This document shows positions 12,958 to 27,076 of a DNA stretch of 64,000 bases, piece by piece. Within the stretch, counting starts at the first letter, position 1, and every line of letters begins with the position of its first letter. The notes under the pieces are model-generated. The model searched no databases. It was not told where the DNA came from and saw only the letters and a program-made list of their open reading frames with translations. This stretch comes from Malacoraja senta. Lineage: Eukaryota. The stretch is taken from assembly GCA_038087875.1 (NCBI GenBank), contig CM075988.1, positions 17,300,001 to 17,364,000 on the forward strand, given 5' to 3'. The position numbers and the translations under genes are program-made.

Positions 12958-14371
12958 TAACAGGCAAGAAACAAACGGCAGCATCCGTGGTGGGAAATGG
13001 ACAGACGGCATTTTGGGTCGGGATCCTTCTTCCAAGGACCCAAAACATCGTCTGTCCATTTGCCCTCCACAATCCTTGCACATTCCCAATCCTGGACTTT
13101 CCGCTCGTCAGTTTAAATTTAATGTTTCATATATCTTGTCGTGTTTTATGACTGTTGGCAGACCAATCTCCCTCCTGAGATAAATAACGTTCTATCGTAT
13201 TAAATTAAGTTAAATTAAAAACATAATTTGTTCCTTTAAGCTATGCTTTCCTTTGTAAGGTGTCCATCATGTCAATTGTATTAAATCCAGTACCTGCCAT
13301 TGATGGATCATGGGTATAAGATTTTTAACCAAATTTATATGTGGGCCAAGCTAACAAGCTGGTTGACAGTGTTGACCCATCTTGCAGAATGACAGATATC
13401 ATTCATAGACTGAGCCAAGTAATAATGGCAATCTGAGATGAAAAGAATGCGAGAAATGTCCCACGGGTCAGGCTGCTCAGAGAAGCAGAGTTAATATTTC
13501 TGCAAAGAGAAATACACAAATTGTCTAAGAAACATTTAGACAGGTACATGGATAGTTCAGGTGCAGAGGGATGTGGGCCAAAAGCAGGCAGGTGGGACTA
13601 GTGTAGATGGGACATGTTGGACGATGTAGGCAAGTTGGGCTGAAGGGCCTATTTCCGTGCTCTATGACTAAGTGCTGAAGTAACTCAGCATGTCAGGCGG
13701 TATCTCTGGCAAACATGGATAGGTGATGTTTCGGGTGGGACCCTTCACAATTTGCAGTTGTCCATTTTTGTAAACCAGCATCTGCAGTTCCTTGTTTCTA
13801 CATCTCAATGTTTCTGTATCTCAATTATCATCCTGGCTGCATCATTAGTACTGGAACTATTAATCCAGCCTTCTCTCTGCTCTTTCTTCTCATTTATCCT
13901 CTAGTTTACTTTTCATAAATCAACCTGCATAGGGACTTGTGCTTTTTGTTGAATGATGAAGTGAAGGAATGGAACAGATTTGTAAGATCGATAGCCAGAC
14001 CGTGGCAATTGTCCTTCTAAGAGTGATGGAAGCAGCTTGGCAATTATCGACTGGAATTTAGAAGAATAGTGATCTCATTTAGATGTACTTGCTTCTCGAA
14101 GAGACTGCTGCTGTGGATGCTGAGGCTGTTTCTTTGGTAAAGAATTCAAACAAGGGGCCATGATCTCAAAATAGAGGTTTGGGGGGGGGGTTAGGATTAA
14201 AATAAGAAAGGTCTTTGCCTAGAGGGTTATACGATAGCGTAGCGATAGAGCTACTGCCTTATAGCGCCAGAGTTCCAGGTTCGATCCTGACTATGCGTGC
14301 TTGCATGTACAGAGTTTATACATTCTCCCCGTGACCTGCGTGGGTTTTCTTTGAGATCTTCGGTTTCAGAA

Positions 14372-16540
14372 TGAATAATAATAATAATATATTTTATTGT
14401 CATTGCACGTCAGTGCAACGAGATTTAGTATGCAGCTCCACCGATGTACAAGAAAAGTAAAATAAATAAATAAGCAAGCTGAGTGACGTGACCATCCGAG
14501 GGAGACTGTCCAGGGGGGGTGGGTGGGGGGGCACTCAGCAGGGCCGGTTCAGAGCCGCTATAGCTCTTGGAATAAAGCTGTTTCTGAGTCTGGAGGTTCG
14601 GGCGTAGAAGGCCTTGTAACGTCTGCCGGAGGGAAGTAGTTCAAACAGTCCGTTACAAGGGTGTGATGAGTCCTTATGGATGCTGACGGCCTTCCTGAGG
14701 CACCGTGTGTGGTAGATGCCCTCCAAGGCTGGTCCCAATGATCCTCTGCGCTCTGTGGACGACGCGCTGAAGAGCTCTCCTCTCTGCCTCCGTGCAGCTG
14801 AGATACCACACAGAGATGCCATACGTTAATATGCTCTCTGTGGTGCAGCGATAGAACGTTGTCAGCAGCTGTTGGGGCAGACCAGTCTTTTTTAATGTCC
14901 TCAGGAAGAACAGTCTTTGCTGTGCCTTCTTGACCAGCGCAGCGGTGTTGGTGGACCATGTGAGGTCCTCTGAAATGCGAGTGCCCAGAAACTAAAAGCT
15001 GGACATTCTCTCCACACTTTCCCCGTAAATGGAGATTGGGGCGTATTCTCCATTATGGGACCTCCTGAAGTCAATAATCAGCTCCTTGGTCTTGGAGGTG
15101 TTTAGTGACAAGTTGTTATGAGCGCACCAGTCCGCCAGGTTCTGCATCTCCGCTCTGTATTTTGTTTCATCACCGTTGGTGATCAGCCCAATCACTGTTG
15201 TGTCGTCTGCAAACTTCACGATGGTGTTGGTGTCGAATGCAGGGACACAGTCGTGAGTGAAGAGGGAGTAGAGCATGGGGCTTAGTACACAGCCCTGTGG
15301 TGTGCCGGTGCTCAGGGTGATAGTGGAGGACAGGTGCGGGCCCAGTCTCACTGCCTGCGGTCGCTCCGTCAGAAAGTTCAGGATCCAATCGCATATCGGC
15401 GAGCTGAGGCCTAGATGGTGGAGTTTGGTGGTGAGCTTGGTGGGGATGACCGTATTGAATGCAGAGCTATAGTCAATGAAGAGCATCCTCACATACGTGC
15501 CCTGTCTGTCCAGGTGAGTCAGGACAGTGTGAAGAGCCAGGGAGATGGCATCCTCTGTTGATCTATTTGCCCTGTATGCAAATTGATGGAAGTCCAGTGA
15601 GGCAGGGATGCTGGATTTGATATGGGAGAGGACCAGCCTTTCGAAACACTTCATTAGGATTGGTGTTAGGGCAACCGGGCGGTTGTCGTTCAGGTTGGTG
15701 ACTTTGGACTTTTTTGGCACCGGCACTATGGGGACTGTTGCCAGAGATAGAGACAGATTGAAGATTCTCGTGAATACCTCCGCCAGCTGTACAGCACAGT
15801 CTTTTAGTACCCTTCCCTGGACTCTATCCGGGCCTGCAGCCTTGCGTGGATTGATCCTACGCAGAGCGCACTGTACCTCCTGGGTGCTCAGTGTTAAGGC
15901 CTGTCCCTCCGCCATGGCCAGGGTTATTCCACTCCTGGTGGTTGCCAGTTTCGAACCGGGCAAAGAAGGTGTTTAGTTCGTTGGCCAGTGTGATATCACC
16001 GTGGGGGCAGGCGGGGCTGCTCTTGTAGTCGGTGATGTCCCTGACACCCTGCCACATGCCTCTGGTGTCCGCGGTGTTGAAGTGGTCTTCTACCCTTTGC
16101 CTGTGGATGTCTTTGGCCTTTTTTATGCCTCTGTTCAAGTTCGACCTGGCCGCACTGTAAGCAGAAGTGTCCCTGGATTTAAAGGCATTGTTGCGTGCCC
16201 TTAGCATATCCTGAACCTCCTTGTTCATCCAGGGTTTCCGGTTTGGGAACATCTTTATTTGCTTGTCCACTGTGACAGTCTCCACACAGCAGTTGATGTA
16301 GGAGAGCACAGTGGATGTGTACTCCTCCAAGTCTACCTCTGTACCACTGGTAGCCTGTTGTGCAAACAGGTCCCAGTCGGTGCGATCAAAGCAGTCCTGG
16401 AGTTGTAGGGTGGCGTCCTCGGGCCATATTTTGACCGTCCTTATTGCAGGTTTGGTCTTGTGGATGAGGGGTTTGTATGCAGGCAGTATAAACAGTGAGA
16501 GGTGATCGGATTGTCCCAGGGATGGGCGGGGGAGAGCTCT
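14372..16540 (-). mobile_element. Rex1/Babar LINE, 5'-truncated ~2.2 kb, frameshifted ORF2
   Basis: ORFs 15857..16570, 14992..15963 and 14558..14959 carry GQSDH (EN end), [28 protein letters not shown] and KFADDTT. (ATT)n tail at ~14372-14388. Confidence 0.93.
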
Positions 16541-16879
16541 GAAGGATAGGCCATTGAGATGAGGAGACATTACATCACTAAGGGAGTTCAGAACTATAGT
16601 AATTTTCTACCCCAATATACTGTGTTTCAGTTTGTTCATTCAAAGCAGATAACAGTGTTCTCTATGTTTAAGAGAACCAAGCGATGTGGCGAATAGCAGG
16701 AAGATGGCACTTGAGTAGAAGATCAGGCTCGAAGGGCCGAATGGCCTACTCCTGCACCTATTTTCTATGTATCAGCCATCCATGGCGAAGCAGCCTCAGA
16801 GTAGACGTCTTAGCTTTTGTTTCTTATGTTCGATGAAATGCTTTGGGGTGAACTCAACTCCTCGTGCGAATTCCATTGA

Positions 16880-17107
<228 letters not shown>

Positions 17108-17192
17108 TAGTTCTGTTCTTCGTCCACAGAGGCACCCTGACACTGGCCGAGTACCATGTCCAAGGGCATAAAAAAAAAGTTCTATTACCTTT

Positions 17193-17479
17193 AAAGACAC
17201 AGCATGGAAACAGGACCTTCGGCCCACCGAGTCCGTGCTGACCAGCGATCCCCGCACACTAACACTATACTGCGCACACCAGGGACAATTTACAATTTTA
17301 CCAAGGCAATTAGCCTACAAACATGTATGTCTTTGGAGTGTGGGAGGAAACCAAAGCTCCCGGAGTAAACCCACGCAGGTCATGGGGAGAACGTACATAC
17401 TCCATACAGGCAGTACCTGTAGTTAGGATCGAAACAGGGACTCTGGCACTGTAAGGTGGCAACACTACCGCTGTGCCAC
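17193..17479 (-). mobile_element. V-SINE (HE1-like)
   Basis: Full-length reverse-complement copy of the family. Confidence 0.8.
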
Positions 17480-20400
17480 TCATAAAACTAGTTTCCTCTG
17501 CAGCTCAGCAGAACGCTCAACTGGGTCTCTATCACTTTCTTCTCATTGTTCTGGAAAGGAGACTGCCCTTCCCCAACAGGTCCTCCTCACCACTGTAGGG
17601 TGAAGATCAGCCTGTGGCTGCCATGTTGTGTGGTTGGTTGCAAAGCATTGCACCAGCCCATGGTCCTGCTCCTCAATACAACACACTGGGCATCTCAACC
17701 TGGTTCCCAGTAGGGCCATTAAACCACCTCAACTCAAAACTAGCTCAAAAAGGAAGGGATGAGGCTAAAGCGGGAGAAGTTGAAGTAATTTGTGATGGTG
17801 GCCAAAGGAACTAAGAGAAAGGAGCAAGAGAGGAATAAATCGGGTAAACGCACATTTTGCCCAGAGTAGGGAAATCGACAACCAGAAGACATAGGTTTAA
17901 GGTGAGGGTGGAAAGATTTAATGGGAATCTGAGGGGTGACTGTTTTTATATACAAAGGGTGGTGGGTGTATGGAACAAGCTGCCAGATGAGGTAATTAAG
18001 GCAGGTCCTATCACGATATTTTAGAAACATTTAGACAGGTACATGGATAAGGTAGGTTTATGACTCCGTAGCTGGGCTGAGTAAGTCCTTACTTGAGGTA
18101 GTATTTTATGGGACTGTTGTTATCAAGTTGTGTATTGTACTTTGCCCACTTGTTGTAGTGCCTTATTGAGCGTCTCAGTAGAAAACCTGCAAATACATGT
18201 GGGTACAAGACACAGTTCCTGGTAATTACCAGGTTTGCTGTTCTTGCACAGCACAATGTCCATATTTTTGACCCCTTCTGATGTGCTTCCACTTCTGGCT
18301 TTATTGAGCTTCGGCTCAATTTCTGCACAACATCGAGAAATGACTGCAGTCACGTGTCAGAAACAGCAGCAGCCCGGATAAGTTAATTACACCATCACTC
18401 AAGTCTCGGCCATTGCAGGAGTTCCTGCTGGACTGAGGATTTATTTGGCAGGTGACACACTGGCAGGAGAGGGAAAGAACAAAAGTTTAAGGCAGCCCTC
18501 AATTTTACAGCTTGTTGCACTAAAATGTTCAACTTTAAAGTGCAGCGATCATTGTTCTTGAAGCAACTTAGTGGGCATTGTGAACAGCTGGGCCCCATAA
18601 ACATCCATGTAACGACTGCTCAGCTAATTGCTGTTTTTGATGGGGTTATGCGAGAGGGATGTAAGCCAGATATCAGGGGAAATCGAACTCTTTTCCGACA
18701 GGAGCTTTACATCCATCGGAGCAGACTGTATGAAAGGTCTCCCAAGGTCAGAGGACTAAAGATTGGAATAAATCACAGGAACAGCAAGAAAATGAAAGCA
18801 ATAAAACAAGCCAGAAAGATGATTTAGTGCGCCCCAGATTGTTGATCAATCTTACATTTATTCATTTTCACTTGTAAATGAGATGATAGCAGGATTTCAG
18901 TGCGACTGATGCAACAAAAAAAACATTAAAAGAAAACCACAAAATCTGGAAATCTGATGATTACAAAAATATGCTGAAAACATTCAGCAGATCAGATGGC
19001 ATCTGTGGAAAGAAAAACAGTTATCCGTTCTAATCTGAGACATTTAGGTAACAGATCTCCTTGTGAGTAAAGCTGTAAAACAGTAACAAAACCACTTTAT
19101 TGCTCAATGCACATTGCTTGCAATCTGGAAGAATAAGGTGGTTCACTATATTGATTCATGGGATGGGGAGCTATTGTCCTGAAGAGAGATCAAGCATACC
19201 AGGAGGTAATATCAGTGCAATGTATAATATTATTATTTGCCTTGGTAGGAAATATGCCATAATGAGGCATTTCTCAGGATTGTTGAGTCTCGCACTATCA
19301 AACCAAGAGGTCAGAACAGACAAGAAGAAATTAGTTCCCCCAGAGGAGAGAATTTAAAATTATTTAACTTAAAAGGACAATGCAAACTCATTCTCTGGCT
19401 TTACTCAAGATGGTGTTATGGATGTTGAGGGCATCAAGGAATAAGGATCTAGTGCAGGAGATCGTGCTGATTATTGACTGGTAGAGGTGAGGTGGCGTGA
19501 GGTGCCAAATGGCCTACTCTTCCTGTTTCGAAGGTTACAGACCAGACTCACTGATCCCGTGGCCTCCCCTGTCGTTTGTAAACTTTTGTAAACTGTGTTA
19601 TTGTCACTCTTGTGTAATGGTGCGTGCTTCCATACTTTAATCCCCAGAAGTGAAGACCTATATCAGTTTGCGACTTCAACTCACATATTGGATGATAGTT
19701 GGTAGATTAAACTAAAAAATAATTTGTTAAACCACACAACTAACAGAGGAATATAACAATTTCTACTATTTGCCTGGAACCAGAAAGGCAAATGTTTGGA
19801 CACAAAGTATTGGAGTGACTCAGTGAGCCAGGCAGGCAGCATCCTTGGGGAACATGGATGGGTGAGACCCAAGATAGATAACATCCATGTTCTCCAGGGA
19901 TGCTGTCTGAACTGCTGAGTTTCTCCAAGACTTTGTGTCTTATTTGTAAATCAGTATCTGCATTTCCTTGTTTCACAAATGTTTGAAGCCTGTTCAATAC
20001 TCACGTTATAACTATGTATACGGGTCATACAACATGCGGGTCATTTCAGCCCACCTTGTACATGGAGACCATGAGTCCAATCTACACTAGTCCCATTTAC
20101 CTGCATTAGGCCCCTATTCCCCTACACCTTCCCTATCCAAGTCACTGTCCAAATGCCTCTTGAATGTTGTAATTGTATCTGTATCAACCAGCTACTCTGG
20201 ATGCTTGCTATGAATGTATGGCGGAGTAGACTAATGAACTTAATCCACTGGGTCTTCCTCCCCCAAACTGGTTCCATCCGCGTAACATCCCTTCCATATC
20301 TTGTTCCAAATATCACCTTCCAGTCTCCGTCACCATCCACTCTCCTCTCCCCTCAGCTGCCTGCTCCGCCCATCAACTCCTCCTCACCTGATTCTACCCA

Positions 20401-21164
20401 CCACCTCCCCCTTCTCCCTCACCTCTTATATTGGTTAAATCTCCTCTGCACTCAGTTATGATGGTCAAAATGTCGACCTTTGCTCTCCCTCCACAGGTAA
20501 TGTTTGACCACCAAGTTCCTCCAGCAGTTTGGGGGTTTTTTCCCCCATGTAATATGTCTTCACTTCCTTACAGTGCTCTGTAGATACTCTAAGGTTAAAT
20601 TAAAAAATTTACATTACTTCACATACTCCGCTAATTAATGAGCAAAACATTTACAAAGCATTTCAGATTTTAAAATAGCTGATTACATAGCATGACTCAT
20701 CCAGATAATGGTAGACCATTTATGCTTTAATGACAAGGTTAGGAAGAGGGCAAGAGTGAACTTTACTCAAAGTACATAAATCATCAGCCTCAGTGGAGTA
20801 AGATGCCTGGATGTGGGATTAAGGAATGACAGGAGCAGGGGAATGAGGACAAAGAGAAATGGTCAACGCCAAATAATCCCAAAGAGTGAACTGTTGGGCA
20901 ATTATGAGCTTGCTTGAAGGGCTATTAATCATCTCTGGCCTTAGAATTACCCAGGGCTTTCCATACCCAGTTTCTCCTGCATCAGGTGAGGGGATAATCA
21001 GAAGGACACAACGTGCTAGAGTAATTCAGCGCCTATTGTCCATTTGTGTATTAATCAGCATCTGTAGTTCATTGTTTCTACAATGGGATAGTCAGGCTTA
21101 ACAATAGGACTTCCTTGGAAAAATAGTGATGCAGCATGTATACAAACAATGGTTATTTGGTCAA

Positions 21165-21410
21165 GGTAGACAAAAGTGCTGGGGAAACTCAGCGGGTGTG
21201 GCAACATCTATGGAGCGAAGGAAATAGGCAATGTTTCGGCAGCATCTATGGAGCGAAGGAAATAGGCAACGTTTCGGGCCGAAACCGAAGGGTTTCGGCC
21301 TGAAACGTTGCCTATTTCCTTCGCTCCATAGATGCTGCCGCACCCGCTGAGTTTCTCCAGCACTTTTCTCTACCTTCGATTTTCTAGCATCTGCAGTTCC
21401 TTCTTAAACA
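21165..21410. mobile_element. Foldback (inverted) Penelope-like terminal repeat insertion
   Basis: Left part is the reverse complement of the right part around gaaaccgaagggtttc. Flanked by gttatttgg(t/c)caa direct repeats. Confidence 0.75.
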
Positions 21411-22782
21411 GTTATTTGGCCAATGTTTCTTTTAATAGAAGATAATGCTAGGATGTGCAGATTTGAGTTGAGTTTATTGCCATGTATACAGAGGTGCAGT
21501 GAAAAGTTTTTGTTGCTTTGCTACAAAGTCAACATGCTGCATTATAATGTCTTAGTTGGGTTCAGTCTCACTGCAATGACTCATAGTCACACAGCAGGGA
21601 ACAGGCCCTTTGGCTCTCTGGATCCACGTCAGCCATCACACATCCGTTTACATTGACTTCATTTTATTCTCCTCACCTTCCCACCAACTCCTCCCAGATT
21701 CTACCACCCACCTACACTCTGGGGGCAATTTGCCGCAGACAATTAACCTACTGACCCACACATCCTTGAATTGCAGGAGGCAGCCACAGCAAGCCCTCGC
21801 AGTCACAGGGAGAACATTTGAGCTCCACATTTGGTCAGAGTTCTGCCGGAGCTATGAGGCAGTGGACCCATTAAATGTGTTACACTTCCACCAGGCTTGA
21901 GCTGCACTGATCCCACTATCATTCTTGATCTAGCTCTTTACAGATAGATTTGATGTGATAAACCAGGGGTAGATTATACTAATTCAGTTTAAATTCCAAA
22001 GTGCTGGAGTAACTCGGCAGGTGAGGCAGCCTCTCTGAAGAAGGGTCCTGACTTGAAACGTCACCTATCCATGTCGTACAGAGATGCTGCCCTACCTGCA
22101 CTTTGCACTCCAGCACTTTGTGTTTTGCTCAGGATTCCAGCATCTGTGGTTCCTTTTCTCTCTCATAAATCCTAACTGTATCCCTGATTAAGGTGGTACC
22201 TAAAAAGGTAATTATCTGATGTTCATTTATTTAGCCAAGGTGGTTTGTATCTGATTCCAAGGGCCTGTGTCTCATTGAATAACTTCCATTGGCTCCATCG
22301 ACACTTCACGCTGACTCAGCAAAGCCACTAGCACAATCAAGGACCAGTCTCACCTCGGTCATTCCCTCTTCTCCCCTCTCCTATCAGGCAAGAGGTACAG
22401 AAGTTTGAAAGCACACACCTCCAGATTCAGGGACAGTTTCTTCCCAGCTGTTATCGGGCAACTGAACCACCCTATCACCAACTAGAGAGCGGTCCTTACC
22501 TCCCATTCACCTCATTGGAGACCCAGTGATCGGAAGGCCAAGGAAGCAAGTGCCTTTCCATAACAGTTATTTTTGCTTTTGTTTTAATATTTGAATTATA
22601 CTTTCCATTTAATTATAAAATTTCAATCTGTTAATGTTTTGCCGCTGAAGGTCAACAAGACTGAATGGCAGTGATATTTAAAGAATAATAAAATGCACAT
22701 CAGCTTTGACTGGTAAAAGCTGAATGCAGGCTTTTGCCAACTGTGAGAGTAAGGCAGATTGCAGAAGACACGGACACCAGTG

Positions 22783-23072
22783 TAGTTTAGCGATACAGCA
22801 CGGAAACAGGTCCATCGGCCCACCGAGTGCGTGCCGACCAGCAATCCCCACGCACTTACATTATCCTACACACAATCGGGACAATTTAAAATTATACCAA
22901 GCCAATTAACCTACAAGCCTGGACGTCTTTGGAGTGTGGGAGGAAACCGGAGCACCCGGAGAAAAGTCCCACAAGTCACGGGGAGAACGTGCACTCTCCG
23001 TACAGACAGCACCCGTAGTCAGGATCGAACCCGGGTCTCTGACGCTGTAAGGCAGCAACTCTACTGCTGCAC
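22783..23072 (-). mobile_element. V-SINE (HE1-like)
   Basis: Well-preserved reverse-complement copy, including the B-box-like gggttcgatcc. Confidence 0.85.
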
Positions 23073-23276
23073 CAGTGGTAGAGTGATTAAATAGGGAAGT
23101 AATCCAGTGGTCAGAGTTTATGGTGGGAGTACAGATGCTTATAAACATCATGGGGCTACAGATTACAGAGCTGGGGAGAATCAAACCCATGCAGAAATGT
23201 GATAAGCAGCACTACATAAAATGGTAGAATACCCAACAAAGGTTTACCAAGGACAAACCTCCAGCACATAGGCTAA

Positions 23277-23543
<267 letters not shown>

Positions 23544-24408
23544 CGGTGGGAGAACACTTTCAAGATGGAAGAAAACTTTTCTTTCTCCATTTCTTTTTTA
23601 AATACGTGGTCGGTTCGCAGTGCTGAACTGGAAGGGCGGGTGTATAAAACAATGAAGCTGAAAACTGCGCGGCTGGTCTGAAGCTTACGGTAGCGTATAC
23701 AAGGTACCTTCCCAGCTGTACATGCTCTTCCTCATCACACTTTCAATTAGTCAGATAATTAGATCCCGTGACCAAATACCCACGGATCATCATTGACGTT
23801 TGAGAGTCAGGTAACTCAACAGGTACGCAAACTCTTCTGCACTTGCAACATCGAGTTTAAATGACAAAATTCACCGAGACATCTCCCCAAAAAAACCCTG
23901 TAAATATAAGCCACAGAAATATTTTGTATCTGTTTAATTCCTCATCTTGGATCACAACCAATCCTATGATCTACTGGACTAAATGGAAAGTACATGAGCA
24001 ATAGAGATGATTGTTAAATTACAGTCCTTGATTAACGCTGATCTCCGGCATGTGTAGCCTTAGTTTGGCCACTTATTTCCTACAAAGAGTGCAATATGGT
24101 TTTATACTACATGCACTTTTACATTACTGTAAGGATAGCATCAACATTTAAACTGTGGAAATGTGATGTATACATTTGTGTGTAAATATCGATAAATGTA
24201 CACATTACAATATTGCATATTTGATTTGCATTAAACTTAGCGTCATCATTTTCAGGACACCTATGGACCATCGTACACTTACAATGATCATTGAGAGCCA
24301 TTTACCTTCTCAAGAATACCACAACTCTGTGCAGCAGTACGTATTAGTGGACACTGGCCATCCTTAGTATGTGGTCTGGAAAAATAACTATTCAGGCCAA
24401 ACCCAGAT

Positions 24409-24414
24409 AATAAA
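24409..24414 (+). terminator. Candidate BACE1 polyadenylation signal AATAAA
   Basis: First AATAAA I find after the stop, at the end of ~870 nt of repeat-free, UTR-like sequence. Confidence 0.4.
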
Positions 24415-24462
24415 TGTCAACAGGTAATCTGATCCTGGATTTCATACAGCTGAGCCTGAGAG

Positions 24463-25237
24463 TGTTAGCTCGCGGGTTTATATTTGAAGCCTTGTTATTA
24501 AAATGCTCTCGGATTACCAAAGAGACCACTTGTGGATAACAGTTGGCCTCTCAGTTTTGGAACAGCCATGCTGAAAGTTCAGAGTTCGTGTGAGCACATT
24601 AGGGCAGCGCAGTGGTAGAGTTCTGCCTTGCAGCGCCAGGGACCCGGGTTAGATCCTGACTGCGAGTGCTGTCTACAGAGTTTCTACGTTCTCCCTGTGA
24701 ACACGCACGCTTTCTCCGGGTGCTCCGGTTTCCTCCCACATTACAAAGACGTACATGTTTGCAGGTTAATTGGCTTCGGTAAAAATTGGAAATTGTCCTT
24801 GGCGCGTTGGAAAGTGCGAGTGTCCAGGGTGATCGCTGGTTGGCGCGGCTTCGGTGGGCCGAAGAGCCCGTTTTCCGCGCTTTATGTCTAAAGTGCCTCC
24901 CTCCATATTTACACAAGGGCACACTTTCTCCCACAGCAAGCAGTAGTGACAAGCATGGCAGATTTTACCCCACCCTGGTCCAGAAATGATAAGGCCAATT
25001 GCACTCCATTTAATTATTCCAAAATGAAATCAGGCAATACAACACAGGCCGCAGCACGCAGGCCTCAAGGCCTACACAGTATTTTCATCGTGAATCATTG
25101 AAGGAGGCTCCACTTTCAGCTCGGCTGTTCCAAAAATGAGAGGTCAACTGTTGCCCAGGAATAACTTCTTGTGGTCTCTCCTGTAATCCGAGACCAATTT
25201 AATAGCAATGTTTCAAATAGAAACCAGCAAGCTAACA
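24463..25237. repeat. Long imperfect inverted repeat (arms 24463-24578 and 25112-25237)
   Basis: By manual alignment, arm 2 matches the reverse complement of arm 1 at roughly 80-85% plus one ~10-nt indel. Confidence 0.85.
24601..24891 (+). mobile_element. V-SINE (HE1-like) in the loop of the inverted repeat
   Basis: agggcagcgcagtggtagag head, V-domain and tail gtgggccgaagagcccgttttccgcgc. Confidence 0.85.
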
Positions 25238-25689
25238 TTGAAGTATTTGCTAACAACATCAGCCTTGCATCCATAGATACCATATTTTACCACCAATCTA
25301 TTATCTTTGTTGAGGAAGACTTCACCTATAGAAGGACCAACTCACATAATAACTGTACTTCATTAGATGTACACACTATTGGAACCTGGGGAACGCCACA
25401 AGACCTACTTGCACACAGCAAGTCCCCGCGCTCAATATGATTACGATCAGCTAATCTGTATCATTTTGTTAATCTAGATTGGAGGATTAACAATGCGCTC
25501 ATTTCCTTCACTAAATTTCCAAATAATGCCATGGGGTCTGTTGAAAATAACAAAGGTCTCCATTTAACAGCAACTCCAGAATCCAACAGTCAAGCTTATT
25601 GTGCTCATCTCCGGAGTAGAATGTAAACATGGACACTACACACTCTGAAACGAGTGCCCTGATAAACTGGGCAAGAATTTAAATTGACA

Positions 25690-26168
25690 TAGAAACATAG
25701 AAAAATAGGTGCAGGAGTAGGCCATTCGGCCCTTAGAGCCAGCACTACCATTTAATATGATCATGGCAACTTTGAGTCCTGAAAAGCGCTATATAAATAA
25801 AATCTATTATTATTATTATCTAAAATCAGTACCCCGTTCCTGCTTTTTCCCTTGATTCCTTTAGCCCCAAGAGCTAAATCTAACTCTCTCTTGAAAACAT
25901 CCAGCGAATTGGCCTCCACTGCCTTCTGTGGCAGAGAATTCCACAGATCCACAACTCTCTGGGTGAAAACGTTTTTTCCTCATCTGAATCCTAAATGGCC
26001 TTCCCCTTATTCTTAAACTGTGACCCCTGTTCTGGACTCCCCCAAAATAGGAAACATTTTTCCTGCATCTAGCCTGTCCTACTCCTTTAAGAATTTTATA
26101 TGTTTCTATAAGATCCCCTCTCCTTCTAAATTCCAGTGAATACTTGCCCAGTCGATCCATTCTTTCAT
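25690..26168 (-). mobile_element. CR1 LINE 3' fragment
   Basis: ORF fragments LEFRRRGDLIETYKIL and LWNSLPQKAVEA; (TTTCTATG)n-type tail. Confidence 0.85.
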
Positions 26169-27076
26169 TAACACCTGGACTGATTCAGCAGCGATCAATT
26201 GGTAACTTGCTACAGTTTTAACCACATATCAAACTGGTAACAGTTAAAGTTGACTACATCATTTCATCCATTTCTTTCTTTTAAATGCAATGCAATTGAA
26301 GAATCAAAGGAATGATAACACCACCGTCTGTTCGCCGCTCCAGCTAATTTGATCCCTGAAGATCCTCACCTCATTTTCAGTGGATTTTCTGGCATTTGCA
26401 TTAATGAAGATTTTTTGCAATTGTACTCATAACATGTTCAATTCAAACAACCACGTATTAATGAACCACACACGTCAAGGATAATTGGAAATAACTAGAT
26501 AACTTTCAACACTTTCATGGTTGGAAGCCCCAGTACAGCAAATCTCAGAAGGTTTGGAGTAAGAAGATATTACTTGATTCATGGTAGCAACCTTGTTCTG
26601 CCTCCTCCGAATATCATCCACAGAGTGATTGCTACCCAAGACAAGCTCCAGGCAATGTTACCAAATGTAACATGGCACAGGAGGCATACAAAATGTATTA
26701 TGCTGCGATCAGCAAAAGAAAGGAAGGAAAGACGTGAGAAGGATTTACAGAGAAGGCAGGACAGTAAGAGTGAAGAACAAACGAGAAAGGCAGGACAATA
26801 ATAGCGTGAAGAAGAGTCCTGTCCTTGTTCTCCACAGATGCTGCCTGACTGACTGGGTTGCTCCAGCACTTCAGGTTACAGAAGTGTCTGGCACAGACAC
26901 ATCAAGAGGGCAGAGCCAATCTGACCCATCAACTGTCAGAGAACTACACACAGCTAGATGGGGGGGGGGGGGGGGGGAAACAAGATGATGAATGGAGTAC
27001 AAGGCAAATATACAAGTGGTGACAAAGGGATATGACAGGAGAGTGGAAAGGAATAAAATCAACGAGCACTGAAGAA

